Assembly (NCBI GenBank): GCA_041500865.1
Contig: JBGQMY010000003.1
Span: forward strand, 1-64,000
Length of the DNA: 64,000 nucleotides
Reading direction: 5' to 3'
Source: Candidatus Micrarchaeia archaeon
GTDB taxonomy: Archaea; Micrarchaeota; Micrarchaeia; Anstonellales; J096
This document shows positions 35,948-45,600 of this stretch, piece by piece (the first letter of the stretch is position 1; each line of letters opens with the position of its first letter). The translations under genes were made by a program, and so were the position numbers. The notes under the pieces are model-generated. The model searched no databases, was not told where the DNA came from, and was given only the letters and a program-made list of their open reading frames with translations.

Positions 35948-36853
35948 TTATCCCTTCGTTATGGGTATGCAGCCGTCCTTCGTTACGACGACCGTTTCCT
36001 CGAACTGCGCAATCGGCTGTCCATTGGCTTCTGCAAGCACCGGATACGCAATCAGCACCCTGGCCTTCAGCATCTCTTTTATGCCTGAGTTGAGGAGCAG
36101 CCTTGACTGGAATTCCTTGTGCAGCCACCTTTCGCAGAACGGCATTGTCTTGTAGTTTTCAATGATGTACTCAAGCATCTTCCTGCTCTGCCTCATCCTT
36201 ATGTTGCCCGGTATGAAAAGGCTGTAAATCTCCACGCGGTCCGTCTCCTTTATGTAGCCCGCGCCCTCCTTCGTGGTCACGAAGGGCTCTATGGCGAACA
36301 CGTCTCCTTCCTGGAACTCGTACATCTCGTTGGCAGGGATGTTGGGAATCTCGATGCCTGCATGGAGGTTCATCCACTCTATCTTGTGTCCTGCGAGGTT
36401 GGAAATCGGCTTGCAGCCGTTGTCCTTAATCGTTTCGTATATGATTTTGCTGACGTCATTGACAGGCACGCCGGGTTTTACCGCCTTTATGGCGTTCTCA
36501 AGCGCGTCCCTTGACGCCTTCATCAGCGAACCGTATTTGTTGCCGAGGTCAACCGTCACGGACGTGTCCGTTATCGCCTGCCCTTTCACGAGCCCGAAAT
36601 CAACCTTAACAAGGCCGTCTTCCGGTATCTCAGCCTCATCGTTCGCGGACGGCGTGTAGTGCGCCGCCAATTCGTTTGTGGATATGTTGACCGGGAATGC
36701 GGGCTTCGCGCCCTCCTTCTCCATCATCTGCTCAAGCGTTTCAGCTATGTCAAAGAGCCTCTCGCCGACTATGACAAGCTGCTCCGCGTCCTTCTTGAGC
36801 TTCGCAGTGAGCTTGCCTGCCTCCTTGAGGTCGCCAAGCTCTAGGTTTTCCAT
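35948..36853 (-). CDS. map: methionine aminopeptidase type II
   Basis: AFPVNIS.NE.AAHYTP, KVDFG, NLAGH, AIEPF, QFEETV. Confidence 0.93.
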   Translation of the reverse strand: MENLELGDLKEAGKLTAKLKKDAEQLVIVGERLFDIAETLEQMMEKEGAKPAFPVNISTNELAAHYTPSANDEAEIPEDGLVKVDFGLVKGQAITDTSVTVDLGNKYGSLMKASRDALENAIKAVKPGVPVNDVSKIIYETIKDNGCKPISNLAGHKIEWMNLHAGIEIPNIPANEMYEFQEGDVFAIEPFVTTKEGAGYIKETDRVEIYSLFIPGNIRMRQSRKMLEYIIENYKTMPFCERWLHKEFQSRLLLNSGIKEMLKARVLIAYPVLAEANGQPIAQFEETVVVTKDGCIPITKG

Positions 36854-36900
36854 AAACGAACGTTCCAATCAAAGCTTTTTTAATGGCAGGCGGTTGCCGT

Positions 36901-37554
36901 CTACTGGCCTATGCAGCGCCTGAAATCCAGCAGGAATGCGGCAAATGCCTCTTTGCCAAACGGCTTTTGCAGGGATTCCCAAAAATCCAGGAGCACAATG
37001 TTGTTCCTTTTTGTATTTAATTCCGCCAGGCCGCGGGCATTGCGGCCGTCATCGTTCCTTGTGTCCAAATCAGCGCCATGCATGAGCAGGAGCCTGGCCG
37101 TTTCAATGCGGCCATGTATTGAAGTGTACATGAGCAGGGTGTATTCTCCATGGCTCCTTGCATTTACGTCAGCCCCTTTTTCCAGCAGGAGCCTGGCGAT
37201 GGCAGTATTTCCTGAACACGATGCATACACGAGCGCGGTATAGCCGCAAATGCCCCTGATGTTCACGTCTGTTCCCTTTTCTATAAGGAATCTGGCTACT
37301 TCCGTGCATCCGCAATCCAATGCCCACAAGAGAGCGGTTTGGCCGTGCTTGAATAAGATATTTGGGTTTGCGCCGGCTTCAACCAGCCGCGCGGCATTTG
37401 CAATATCTTCGGGCGCGTTGTTAAATGTCAATGCGGCCATTTCCCTGTTTAGGCTTTCAATCCTGACCGCATTGTCTGGCTCAAGCTTGCATTTATCTAA
37501 TTGAATTGGCATTTTCGCATTTTGCGCATGTCCCTGCATCTGCTCCTGGGCCAT
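36901..37554 (-). CDS. ankyrin repeat protein, C-terminus CIGQ
   Basis: GQTALLWA, GYTALVYA repeats. Confidence 0.88.
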   Translation of the reverse strand: MAQEQMQGHAQNAKMPIQLDKCKLEPDNAVRIESLNREMAALTFNNAPEDIANAARLVEAGANPNILFKHGQTALLWALDCGCTEVARFLIEKGTDVNIRGICGYTALVYASCSGNTAIARLLLEKGADVNARSHGEYTLLMYTSIHGRIETARLLLMHGADLDTRNDDGRNARGLAELNTKRNNIVLLDFWESLQKPFGKEAFAAFLLDFRRCIGQ

Positions 37555-37628
37555 GGGCTTATTGTGCAAGAACAAGGTTAATAATGATACTGGTTGGATA
37601 TTCGGGCCCGAGGATTTAAATCAAGGGG

Positions 37629-37892
37629 TTACAGGCCTAGCCACTTTTCATATTCTTTATGCGTCCCTACAAAATAGAGCATCTTTGTTTTTGCAGATTC
37701 GTTTATCTTGTAGACAAGCCTGTACTGCCCTATCTCAGAAACATAGAAATCAAGCCCTTGCTTCAGATGCCTGGCTTGGATATCCTGCTGCAATTGGAGG
37801 ATTTTCTTTGCCACCCTTTTTTTCATGCTGTTGTCAAGCCTTGAAAAATACCTGTCCCAGTCTGCATGAAAATTAAGGGCATAGGGGCTCAT
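37629..37892 (-). CDS. RelE/ParE-family toxin
   Basis: 87 aa, GQYRLVY.I, FVGTHKEYEKW; ATGA overlap with upstream gene. Confidence 0.8.
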   Translation of the reverse strand: MSPYALNFHADWDRYFSRLDNSMKKRVAKKILQLQQDIQARHLKQGLDFYVSEIGQYRLVYKINESAKTKMLYFVGTHKEYEKWLGL

Positions 37893-38170
37893 TCAAAAGC
37901 CTCTGGATATTTCCTGCGCACGTCCGCCAATGTCAGAACCCTTTTCTTTCCTGATTTTATTTCCTCGTCCATTTTCTGTAATTTTGCGGCTGCAAGCTCA
38001 TCCAGGATTTCCTCGCTGGATTTCACAACCCGGTATTCCTTCCCAAGCTCAAGTATGCCTGCGCGGACTGCCTCCGCCTTTGTCTTGAAGAAACCGGCTT
38101 CTACCAGCCTCTTCAGCGTATCCTCCACAGAACCGTCCAGGTGTATTAATATGTCTGCCATTTCCACCAC
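37889..38170 (-). CDS. ribbon-helix-helix antitoxin
   Basis: LKRLVEAGFFKTKAEAVRAGI; upstream of toxin. Confidence 0.75.
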   Translation of the reverse strand: MVEMADILIHLDGSVEDTLKRLVEAGFFKTKAEAVRAGILELGKEYRVVKSSEEILDELAAAKLQKMDEEIKSGKKRVLTLADVRRKYPEAFE

Positions 38171-38300
38171 AATGTGGAATATATCAAATGGATATATAAA
38201 TATATCATTTTGATAGATTTAAAATGCAAAAACGGGCCCGGGGCAGCCATGGCCGTGCGCGTCCATTTGTCCCAGGCCCTGCGCTGCAGAAGGTGATAAA

Positions 38301-38375
38301 CGGGCCCGGGGGGATTCGGACCCCCGACATTCCGGTCCGAAGCCGGACACTCTATCCAGGCTGAGCTACGGGCCC
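38301..38375 (-). tRNA. tRNA-Arg(TCG)
   Basis: GGGCCCG/CGGGCCC acceptor, TCCGG-CT-TCG-GA-CCGGA; T-loop TCCGAAT. Confidence 0.88.
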
Positions 38376-38490
38376 CTATTTTCGTCTGTCTTGGCCCGGA
38401 GCGATTTTGCCAACAGGCAAAAACGAGCTACGGGCCCGTAATGGATTAGTGCCCCAACAACTATTTAAAGAAAACAGGTGAAACCAAACC

Positions 38491-39000
38491 ATGGAGCTGG
38501 ATGAGAGCGTTTCAAGGTTTCCCTCAATCGGAAGGGAGGGGTTTGAGCTTTTTGCGCTTTGCGCGATTGCGGTCTTTGCGCCGATGCTGGTTACGCAGCA
38601 GCTATTGCTTGGAACGATAGTCAACGCAACGCTGGTATTTTCAGCATTGAGGATAAGCGGGCCAAAGGCATATGTTCCTGCGTTCATACCTTCCATAATC
38701 ACTGTCATGATGGGGTTAGTGCTTGGCCAGCCTGCTGCCGCGGTCGCTGCCATGCTGCCGTTCATATGGCTCGGCAACGCAACCCTCATGTTCATAATGA
38801 GGAAAGTGAAGGATGCATACTGGAAGGCCATTGCTGCCGCGGCTGCAACAAAGGCGGCCATGCTTTTCGCGTCCTCGCTAATCCTGGTTTACTTCGCAGG
38901 CCTGCCTGCGCAAATCCTTGCGGCGTTCGGGATGATTCAATTCGTTACTGCAATGCTGGGCGGCGCGCTGGCATACGCAATGATAAAGGCCAAAAATTAA
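38491..39000 (+). CDS. ECF S-component-like membrane protein
   Basis: QQLLLGTIVNATL, PFIWLGN, QFVTA..GG; ~6 TM. Confidence 0.6.
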   Translation: MELDESVSRFPSIGREGFELFALCAIAVFAPMLVTQQLLLGTIVNATLVFSALRISGPKAYVPAFIPSIITVMMGLVLGQPAAAVAAMLPFIWLGNATLMFIMRKVKDAYWKAIAAAAATKAAMLFASSLILVYFAGLPAQILAAFGMIQFVTAMLGGALAYAMIKAKN

Positions 39001-39002
39001 GC

Positions 39003-39641
39003 TCAGTTGTTCCTTGCCATGCCGACCCTTGTGCTGATGCTGCTGGCAACAGAGCGGAACAGGTCAGCCCTTCCGCCTTTGCAAAGCGACGCCACCGACA
39101 TGAGGGATTCCGCAAGCACGCCTGCCATGTATGCGTCAACCGCCTCCTTTTCCAGCCTGGAGGTCTCATTGAAGACATGCGAGTCGTCGCCGTGCTCAAC
39201 AAGCGCAAGCACTGCCGCCTCTGTGCGCTCCTGGTATGCCAATATCGGAACGAACTCCTTCCCGTGCGGGTGCGACCCCATTGCAGATGCTGCGGCCTTT
39301 TTCAGGCTTATGTTGGACGTCGCCTTTGCAAGCGTCTTTGCGAAAATAAGGGCCTGCGGCATTTCCCAACAGGATAATGCTGCCGCAATGATCTCCATCC
39401 CCGCGTCTCCGGAGGCGAGCATTTTTGCCAGCAATAGCGGACTATTGAACGGGGTATGTTCGTCTACGGGCCGGCGCATTAAGATTGTCTCGGATGGCCC
39501 TTGTACCAGGAAAAACGAACGCTTGGGCGAGGTATTTTCGTGTACGAACGGGGACTTTATCGCGCCAAATTTGCCAAGCCTTTTCAGCTCTCTCTTCCTT
39601 TCATTGGTGGGGATGTCTACAAACGTTTTGGTTTCTGCCAT
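39003..39641 (-). CDS. hypothetical protein
   Basis: 212-aa ORF filling gap, TATA-like box upstream. Confidence 0.55.
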   Translation of the reverse strand: MAETKTFVDIPTNERKRELKRLGKFGAIKSPFVHENTSPKRSFFLVQGPSETILMRRPVDEHTPFNSPLLLAKMLASGDAGMEIIAAALSCWEMPQALIFAKTLAKATSNISLKKAAASAMGSHPHGKEFVPILAYQERTEAAVLALVEHGDDSHVFNETSRLEKEAVDAYMAGVLAESLMSVASLCKGGRADLFRSVASSISTRVGMARNN

Positions 39642-39701
39642 CGGATTTCACCTATATACGCTAATACTTCCAAAGAAGTGTTTAAAAATGTATCATTGTG
39701 T

Positions 39702-40787
39702 TCATTCTTTCTTGGCGTTCTGCAGGAACGCGAAGCAGCTTGCGCCCTGCAAACTCGTGAAGAAAAGCGGGTCCAGCATCTTTATGGATTTGAGTTCTGC
39801 AGGCGTCCTTTCCTTGCTTTTTTCCGCAGCCTTCCTCATGGCCTCAGCCCTTGTCCTTATTGTGTCAGTGCCGGCTTTCGGGACCGGCTGGCCAGGGCCG
39901 CCGACGCACCCATACGTGCACATCATCACTTCAATAAAATGGTATGTGGAGCCTGACCTTATCTTCTCAAGCAGCCTTTCCAGCGAAGGAAAGCCATAAA
40001 CGACGGCTGCGCGCACCTCGTGCTTCCCTATCTTGAACGTATACTCCCTCATGCTCTCATCATGCCTCAGCTCGAGCAGCTCCTTTTTCTCGCCCATGTA
40101 TGCCGCAACAGTAGTCAACAGGGCCTCGGTCACGCCTCCTGTCGCCCCAAAAATGACGCCGTCCTTCGAAGGAACGCTTATCTCCGTTATCGCACTTTCC
40201 TTCATGTTGGCGATGTTGAGCCCTTCCGACCTTGCCCATTCGCCTAGCTCCCTGGTCGTGACAACGTAATCGGTGTATTTCAGGCCGTTCTGCATCTTAA
40301 ACTGCGCTTCGTGCTTCTTTAATGTGCACGGCATTATGCCGACAACGGCTATGTTCTCTGGGGTGCGCCCCCATTCCTTTGAGAAGAACAGCTTTGAGAC
40401 CGCGCCTGCCATCATCATTGGCGTCACGATCTTGGATATCCTTGGAAGCAGCTCCGGGTGCCTTTTTTCCGCATACTCCCTCCAGCCCACGCAGCAGGAG
40501 TTGAAGACCGGGAACGCGCCTGCATCCCCTTTCTCAAGCATGCCGATGAACTCCTTTGCCTCAATGTAGACAATAACGTCCGCGCCGAATGACGTGTCAA
40601 TGACCTCGTCAAAGCCGAGCGCCCTTAGGAGGGAGACAAGCTTTCCCGTAAGCTCGGTGCCAGGGGCGAAGCCGAACTCCTCGCCTATGCTGACGCGCAT
40701 TGCAGGCGCAATCTGCGCAACCAGGTACTTGCCTTTCTTTTTCTCCTCCCTAAGAGCCTCAAAAAGCCCCTTGCCCGAAAGGTCCAT
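39702..40787 (-). CDS. minimal [FeFe]-hydrogenase (H-cluster domain only)
   Basis: APAMRVSIGEEFG, L1 FNSCCVGW, L2 MPCTLKKHE, FGATGGVTEA, L3 EVMMCTYGCVGGPGQP. Confidence 0.88.
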   Translation of the reverse strand: MDLSGKGLFEALREEKKKGKYLVAQIAPAMRVSIGEEFGFAPGTELTGKLVSLLRALGFDEVIDTSFGADVIVYIEAKEFIGMLEKGDAGAFPVFNSCCVGWREYAEKRHPELLPRISKIVTPMMMAGAVSKLFFSKEWGRTPENIAVVGIMPCTLKKHEAQFKMQNGLKYTDYVVTTRELGEWARSEGLNIANMKESAITEISVPSKDGVIFGATGGVTEALLTTVAAYMGEKKELLELRHDESMREYTFKIGKHEVRAAVVYGFPSLERLLEKIRSGSTYHFIEVMMCTYGCVGGPGQPVPKAGTDTIRTRAEAMRKAAEKSKERTPAELKSIKMLDPLFFTSLQGASCFAFLQNAKKE

Positions 40788-40837
40788 GCTCAAGTTTCCG
40801 CCATATGCGTTTTAATGCTTTCTGCCAATATCAAAGC

Positions 40838-41230
40838 ATGGACGCCGGCGCATTCAAGAGATATATGGAGGAAAGGTTCGGCATAAGGCAAAGCGGAACC
40901 GTCTTTGAGGACAGGAACGGCATGGTCAGGGTGTTCTCAAAACAGATTATGTCATCGCCGATAAGGGGAAGCAGGGGGTTCCCGGCATATGACATGGCGA
41001 CGACCCATTATTTCTCCACGATGTTCGGGCATCTTGCCATGCGCAACTTCGTTGAATTGAAAAAGGAGGATGCCGAGGCGCTTGTCTCGGGCAAGGAAAT
41101 TAAGCTGGGCCTTTCGGACGGAGAATACATTGGAAGGCTGAATGAAAGGGGCATATGCACCATTGAAATTGAAAAGGGCATTGCAAGGGCGCACCTTCCC
41201 AAGCTGCTGAAGAGAAACAAAAAAGAATGA
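40838..41230 (+). CDS. PUA/NIP7-like protein (RsmF/Nop2 C-terminal-like)
   Basis: YMEERFGI...FGHLAMRNFVEL..EDAEALVSGKEI; paralogue at 61161. Confidence 0.6.
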   Translation: MDAGAFKRYMEERFGIRQSGTVFEDRNGMVRVFSKQIMSSPIRGSRGFPAYDMATTHYFSTMFGHLAMRNFVELKKEDAEALVSGKEIKLGLSDGEYIGRLNERGICTIEIEKGIARAHLPKLLKRNKKE

Positions 41231-41234
41231 GGAA

Positions 41235-41489
41235 TTACTGGATGAGCTCGCCTGTCGCGAAGTTCCTGCCTATCCTTGATATCCTTATCATGTACTTCTG
41301 GCCGACCTCGGTCTCGCCCTTTACGAATATTACATAGCCGCTTATCTTGGCCACGCCGTCGCCGCTCTTTCCCTTGCCTTCTATCGTGACCTCGAGCTCC
41401 TGGCCGACTTCCACCGGCTTTGCGCCGTAGTCCCTTGGCCCTGCGCCTTCCTCGCTCCCCATTCCTGCTTCTTCATCCATGACATCCAC
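41235..41489 (-). CDS. TRAM domain protein
   Basis: PVEVGQELEVTIE..G..GDGVAKISGYVIFV. Confidence 0.9.
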   Translation of the reverse strand: MDVMDEEAGMGSEEGAGPRDYGAKPVEVGQELEVTIEGKGKSGDGVAKISGYVIFVKGETEVGQKYMIRISRIGRNFATGELIQ

Positions 41490-41614
41490 CTTTCCAAGAC
41501 TTTGAAAAACAAGGGAGGGAAAGGTTTTTAATCAATTTCTTTTTCTGCTGCCTGTTGGAACATGCAACACAAAAAAGCCTGGCATTTGGAAATGCAAATA
41601 CTGGCGGTTTCCTG

Positions 41615-42577
41615 CTACCCTTTTCCCGCAAGCATGAACTGGGCCAGCAGCGCGTCTATCTGTATCCTTTCGTTCGCGCCTTCAGCTATCCTGAAGTTGT
41701 ATTCGCCTATCCTGTCTATCAAGGAGACTTTCAGCCTCTCGTCTATCTCCAGGGAAGGCAGCTCCTTGTAGAACTGTATGACGATGTCCTCCCCGCTGAG
41801 CCCGTATTTTATCATCATCTGCTCGACTTCCTTCCTGGCCTCCTGGAACTTCCCTGCAAGCGCCAGCTTCATTGCCTTCCGGACAGCCTCCGGCTGTGCC
41901 GTGTTGCCGATGCTGAACACAAGCTCCGCGTCTATCTTCTTTGCGTGAAAGGACGCGCCCTGCATGACGTTTATGGCCTTCCTGAGGTCCCCTTCCGAAA
42001 CGTAGAATATGGCGTCTTTCCCGTCTTCAGTCACTTCAATGCCCTCGCCTTCCTCAACCCGCTTTACCATTGAAAAGACGTCCTCCCTCTTCAATTGCAG
42101 AAAGCGGAATACGGCGCACCTGCTCTGTATCGGCTCTATTATCTTGCTGGAATAGTTACAACTGAGGATGAACCTCGTCACGTCGGAATAAATCTCCATC
42201 GTCCTCCTCAGGGCCTGCTGCGCGTCGCTCGTCAACGCGTCAGCCTCGTCAAGGAAGATGATTTTGAACCCTATCTTGTTCGTCCCGATGCTGCGCGCGA
42301 ACTCCTTTATCTTTCCCCTTACGACATCTATGCCCCTCTCGTCGCTCGCGTTGAGCTCAAGAAAATTGCCCCTGGCATCCTCGCCGTAAAGCTCGTGCGC
42401 CATGGCTATGGCCATCGTGGTTTTTCCTACGCCCGGAGGCCCTGCGAACATCAGGTGCGGGAGCGTCCTTTTCTTTACAAGGGACGCAAGCGCCTCCCTC
42501 ACATGGGACTGGCCTATGACGTCCTTTATTGTTTTTGGCCTGTACTTCTCGGTCCATGGAAGGAATTCACCGTGCAT
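41615..42577 (-). CDS. rfcS: replication factor C small subunit
   Basis: PWTEKYRP, GPPGVGKT, LELNASDERG, DEAD, SRC. Confidence 0.95.
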   Translation of the reverse strand: MHGEFLPWTEKYRPKTIKDVIGQSHVREALASLVKKRTLPHLMFAGPPGVGKTTMAIAMAHELYGEDARGNFLELNASDERGIDVVRGKIKEFARSIGTNKIGFKIIFLDEADALTSDAQQALRRTMEIYSDVTRFILSCNYSSKIIEPIQSRCAVFRFLQLKREDVFSMVKRVEEGEGIEVTEDGKDAIFYVSEGDLRKAINVMQGASFHAKKIDAELVFSIGNTAQPEAVRKAMKLALAGKFQEARKEVEQMMIKYGLSGEDIVIQFYKELPSLEIDERLKVSLIDRIGEYNFRIAEGANERIQIDALLAQFMLAGKG

Positions 42578-42675
42578 GGCTGTGATATGGGAAGCGGGGT
42601 TTTAAAAGCTTTTTAAATACAGAAATCAACTCAAACAACCACATTTTTAATACCTTCCATATATAGCCTTTAAAT

Positions 42676-45600
42676 ATGGCAGCCCTCAAAAACAAGCTAC
42701 GAAGAGCAGTCGTCTACACGATGATTGCCGCTAACGCCGGTAATGCGAGCCCGGCATGGCTGCCGCGACATGAAAGATTGGGTGAAACAATGGCTGAAAC
42801 AACCGTGAAGGGCGTTGAAAAGAAGGACGAGGATGCCAGGCTCAAGAAGGGCGCGAAAATGCTTTATGACACGTACAAGAAGCTGTATCCCAAGGTCGAT
42901 GAGAAACAATACTACATGTACCTTACGGCTTTCGGCAAAAAGCTGAACATATACAACGTGGAGGCCTTTAACACAAGCATCGGGGACGTAAGGAACATAG
43001 GGAATGGCCAGATGACCTTCATGGCGATAAAAGAACTTGAAAGGCAGCGCTTGGAGAAGAAGGAGGCTGAAAGCTCCGGAAAGAGCTTTGTCCAGATGCA
43101 GAAGGAAAAAGAAACAAGGAGAGCGGAAACTGCCGGGCAAAGGGCAAAGAAAAGGGAGGCAGTCAAAGAAGAAGTTAGTAAGGTGATTACAGGCGGCGAG
43201 ATAACGCCAGAGACCAAGCCTGCAAAGGTAACGGCTCCGGCCGTCATTGCCGGAAAAGGCATATTCGGGCAGACGCAAGGCGTTTTCCAGACGGAACAGA
43301 ACGTCCTCAAAGGAAGCGACGGCAACGCAATGCTTGACAGCAGGGGCGCGGTCCAATACGCATATCCTTCAAACATGGCGTCGCTGCAGTCGCTTGGAGT
43401 GGTAGATTACAGCGCGCTGAAGGAAGCCACGGGAAATGATTTCATCGACCAGCTCAGGAAGAGCGAGGCAAAGGGCGGAACGGTCGAAGAAAGGGGCCAG
43501 AGGAGCTTCGAGACAACGGCAAGGATGATAGGCGCGATAGTGCTTTACAACTCATTCGCATTCGCGGACAAGGCCGGGACAGTCAAGAAAAACCAGCTGA
43601 AGGATTATTGCGGCGACGACGGATACGCGGAAAACCTCGGGCGCGTGCTTTCGGCAAAGCCGCTGAGGAACCAGGGGCAGTTCATAGGCGAAGTGACGTC
43701 ATTCATAGGGGCATACGTAAAGAACGGAAAGCTGACCGAGATAAACGGGGAAGGCAAGGACGAGAAGGGCAAGTCCAACGTGGGCATGTATGTCTATTCA
43801 ATAGCCGCAATCGGCTCCGCATACACGCAGCGCGTGATAGGCGAAACGTTCGAGAGCCAGATGTCGTACCTCCAGGAAAGGAAGAAGGCCGCGGAGACGC
43901 AGAAGGCGGGGCTGGAAGGCCAGGTCAAGGAAGAGGCAAAGAGGCCCGCTGCCGCGCAGAGAGCCAAAAAATTGGCAGGTGAGGACGCGGAGACGCAGCT
44001 GAAAAAGGCTGATGCAGAAATACAGAGCATAACCGACATGACGGACAGCATCAGCAGCTACAGCTGGTACTACAAGAAGCCCATGACCGTGTCCGAGCTT
44101 TACAAAAGGCACAGGGACGAGGACAGGAAAAGGCTGACAAGCCTGAACGACTATGTCGGGGGCCTAAACATACCGCAAAGGATAAAGAGGCCGTTCCAGG
44201 ACGCGCTTGAAAACGAAAAGACGCAGATGGTGCTGCTCCAGATGGCCATAGAGGAGGCAAACCCCGAAGGGAGGATGACGCTTGCGGAGCTCAGGGAAAA
44301 AGGCAACATCTGGAGAAACTACAAGACGCTTGTCACGCACAAACTCAAGGAGATAGCGACTTACAAGCTCAACAAGGGCCAAAGACTGATTTACGTGATG
44401 CTCAACAACAGGTACGGGGACCTCGTTGATGCCATAGAGGCAAAGCTGGGGCCTGAGGAGACGGCCAGGTTCATAGTGGACCTTGCAGACCCGTCGCAGG
44501 CAAAGAAGCAGGGCATGAGCTACGACGACTACATAAGGGCCACGCTCAAGGATAAATGGATAAATGGAGGCATTTCCCCTGTAAAGGATGCAAAGGGCAG
44601 CATCCTAAAGGACCCAAGGGGCAACGTCATAAAAAGAGGCAGAAGCTGCCTTGATGATTACAGGAGCGGGTTCAACAGCAGCTACGGGCAAAAATCCGGC
44701 AGCCTGGACAGCCAAAGGTTTCCGGACAAGCTGGTTGCGTCGCTTGTCATAGACCACAGGATAACGCAGGCGGAGCTGGACTTCCTGATTGCGAACAGGG
44801 GCGACATGAAGCCGGAGGAGGCGCTCAACGCATTCAACGCCAAGCTCAACGACGCAAAGAAGAATTTCAACGAGAAGTCATATTCCACGGTAAAGCGCAT
44901 GGTGGACGAGGCGCAGGGTCTCATAGGGTTTGACAAGGCGTATTATGAGGAGTTCAGGGACATAATACTTGTGAGGCTGGCCTTGATAGACATGACAAAC
45001 CGGGCAACCCAGCGCACGTCAAGCCTTACGCTGGACGGAATAATTGAAGGCAACCTGTCCGGGGTCAGGGCATTCGGGGCAAAGACGGCGGCGCTCGTTG
45101 CCAAGGTTGACGAGATTGCGCCTTTGGAGAAGATGCCGGACAACATAACCGGCGACGCCAAAGGGGTGCTGCTCCAGAGGGCGCGCACGCAGAGAATCAA
45201 CGCGTACATAGAGCTTTTCAACAACGAGTTCTTCACGCTGAACGATGAAAGATATACCAAGATAACGGTGCAGAGGCTGAACGACTTCAAGCTCAGGCTT
45301 GACACGTGGGAGGAGGTGCTCAAAACGATGAAGGAGGACGACCCGTACCACATCGCGAAGGACACTGTGCTCAGGGCCGGATGCATCCGGACGCTTGAGT
45401 CCATGAAGCAAAGGCTTGACGCAATCATGAAGGAGGTCGGCGACAAAGGCATTGACCTGAGCGAAATAAAGGACCCTGGCGACAGGTTCCTGCTGGACCT
45501 TGTCATAAACGGAAGGGTCATCATCGCAGGAATCAACGGGTTCAGGTATTACGACAACGTCGCAACCGTGGACAGGCAGGGCTTCATACCCGTGATATTC

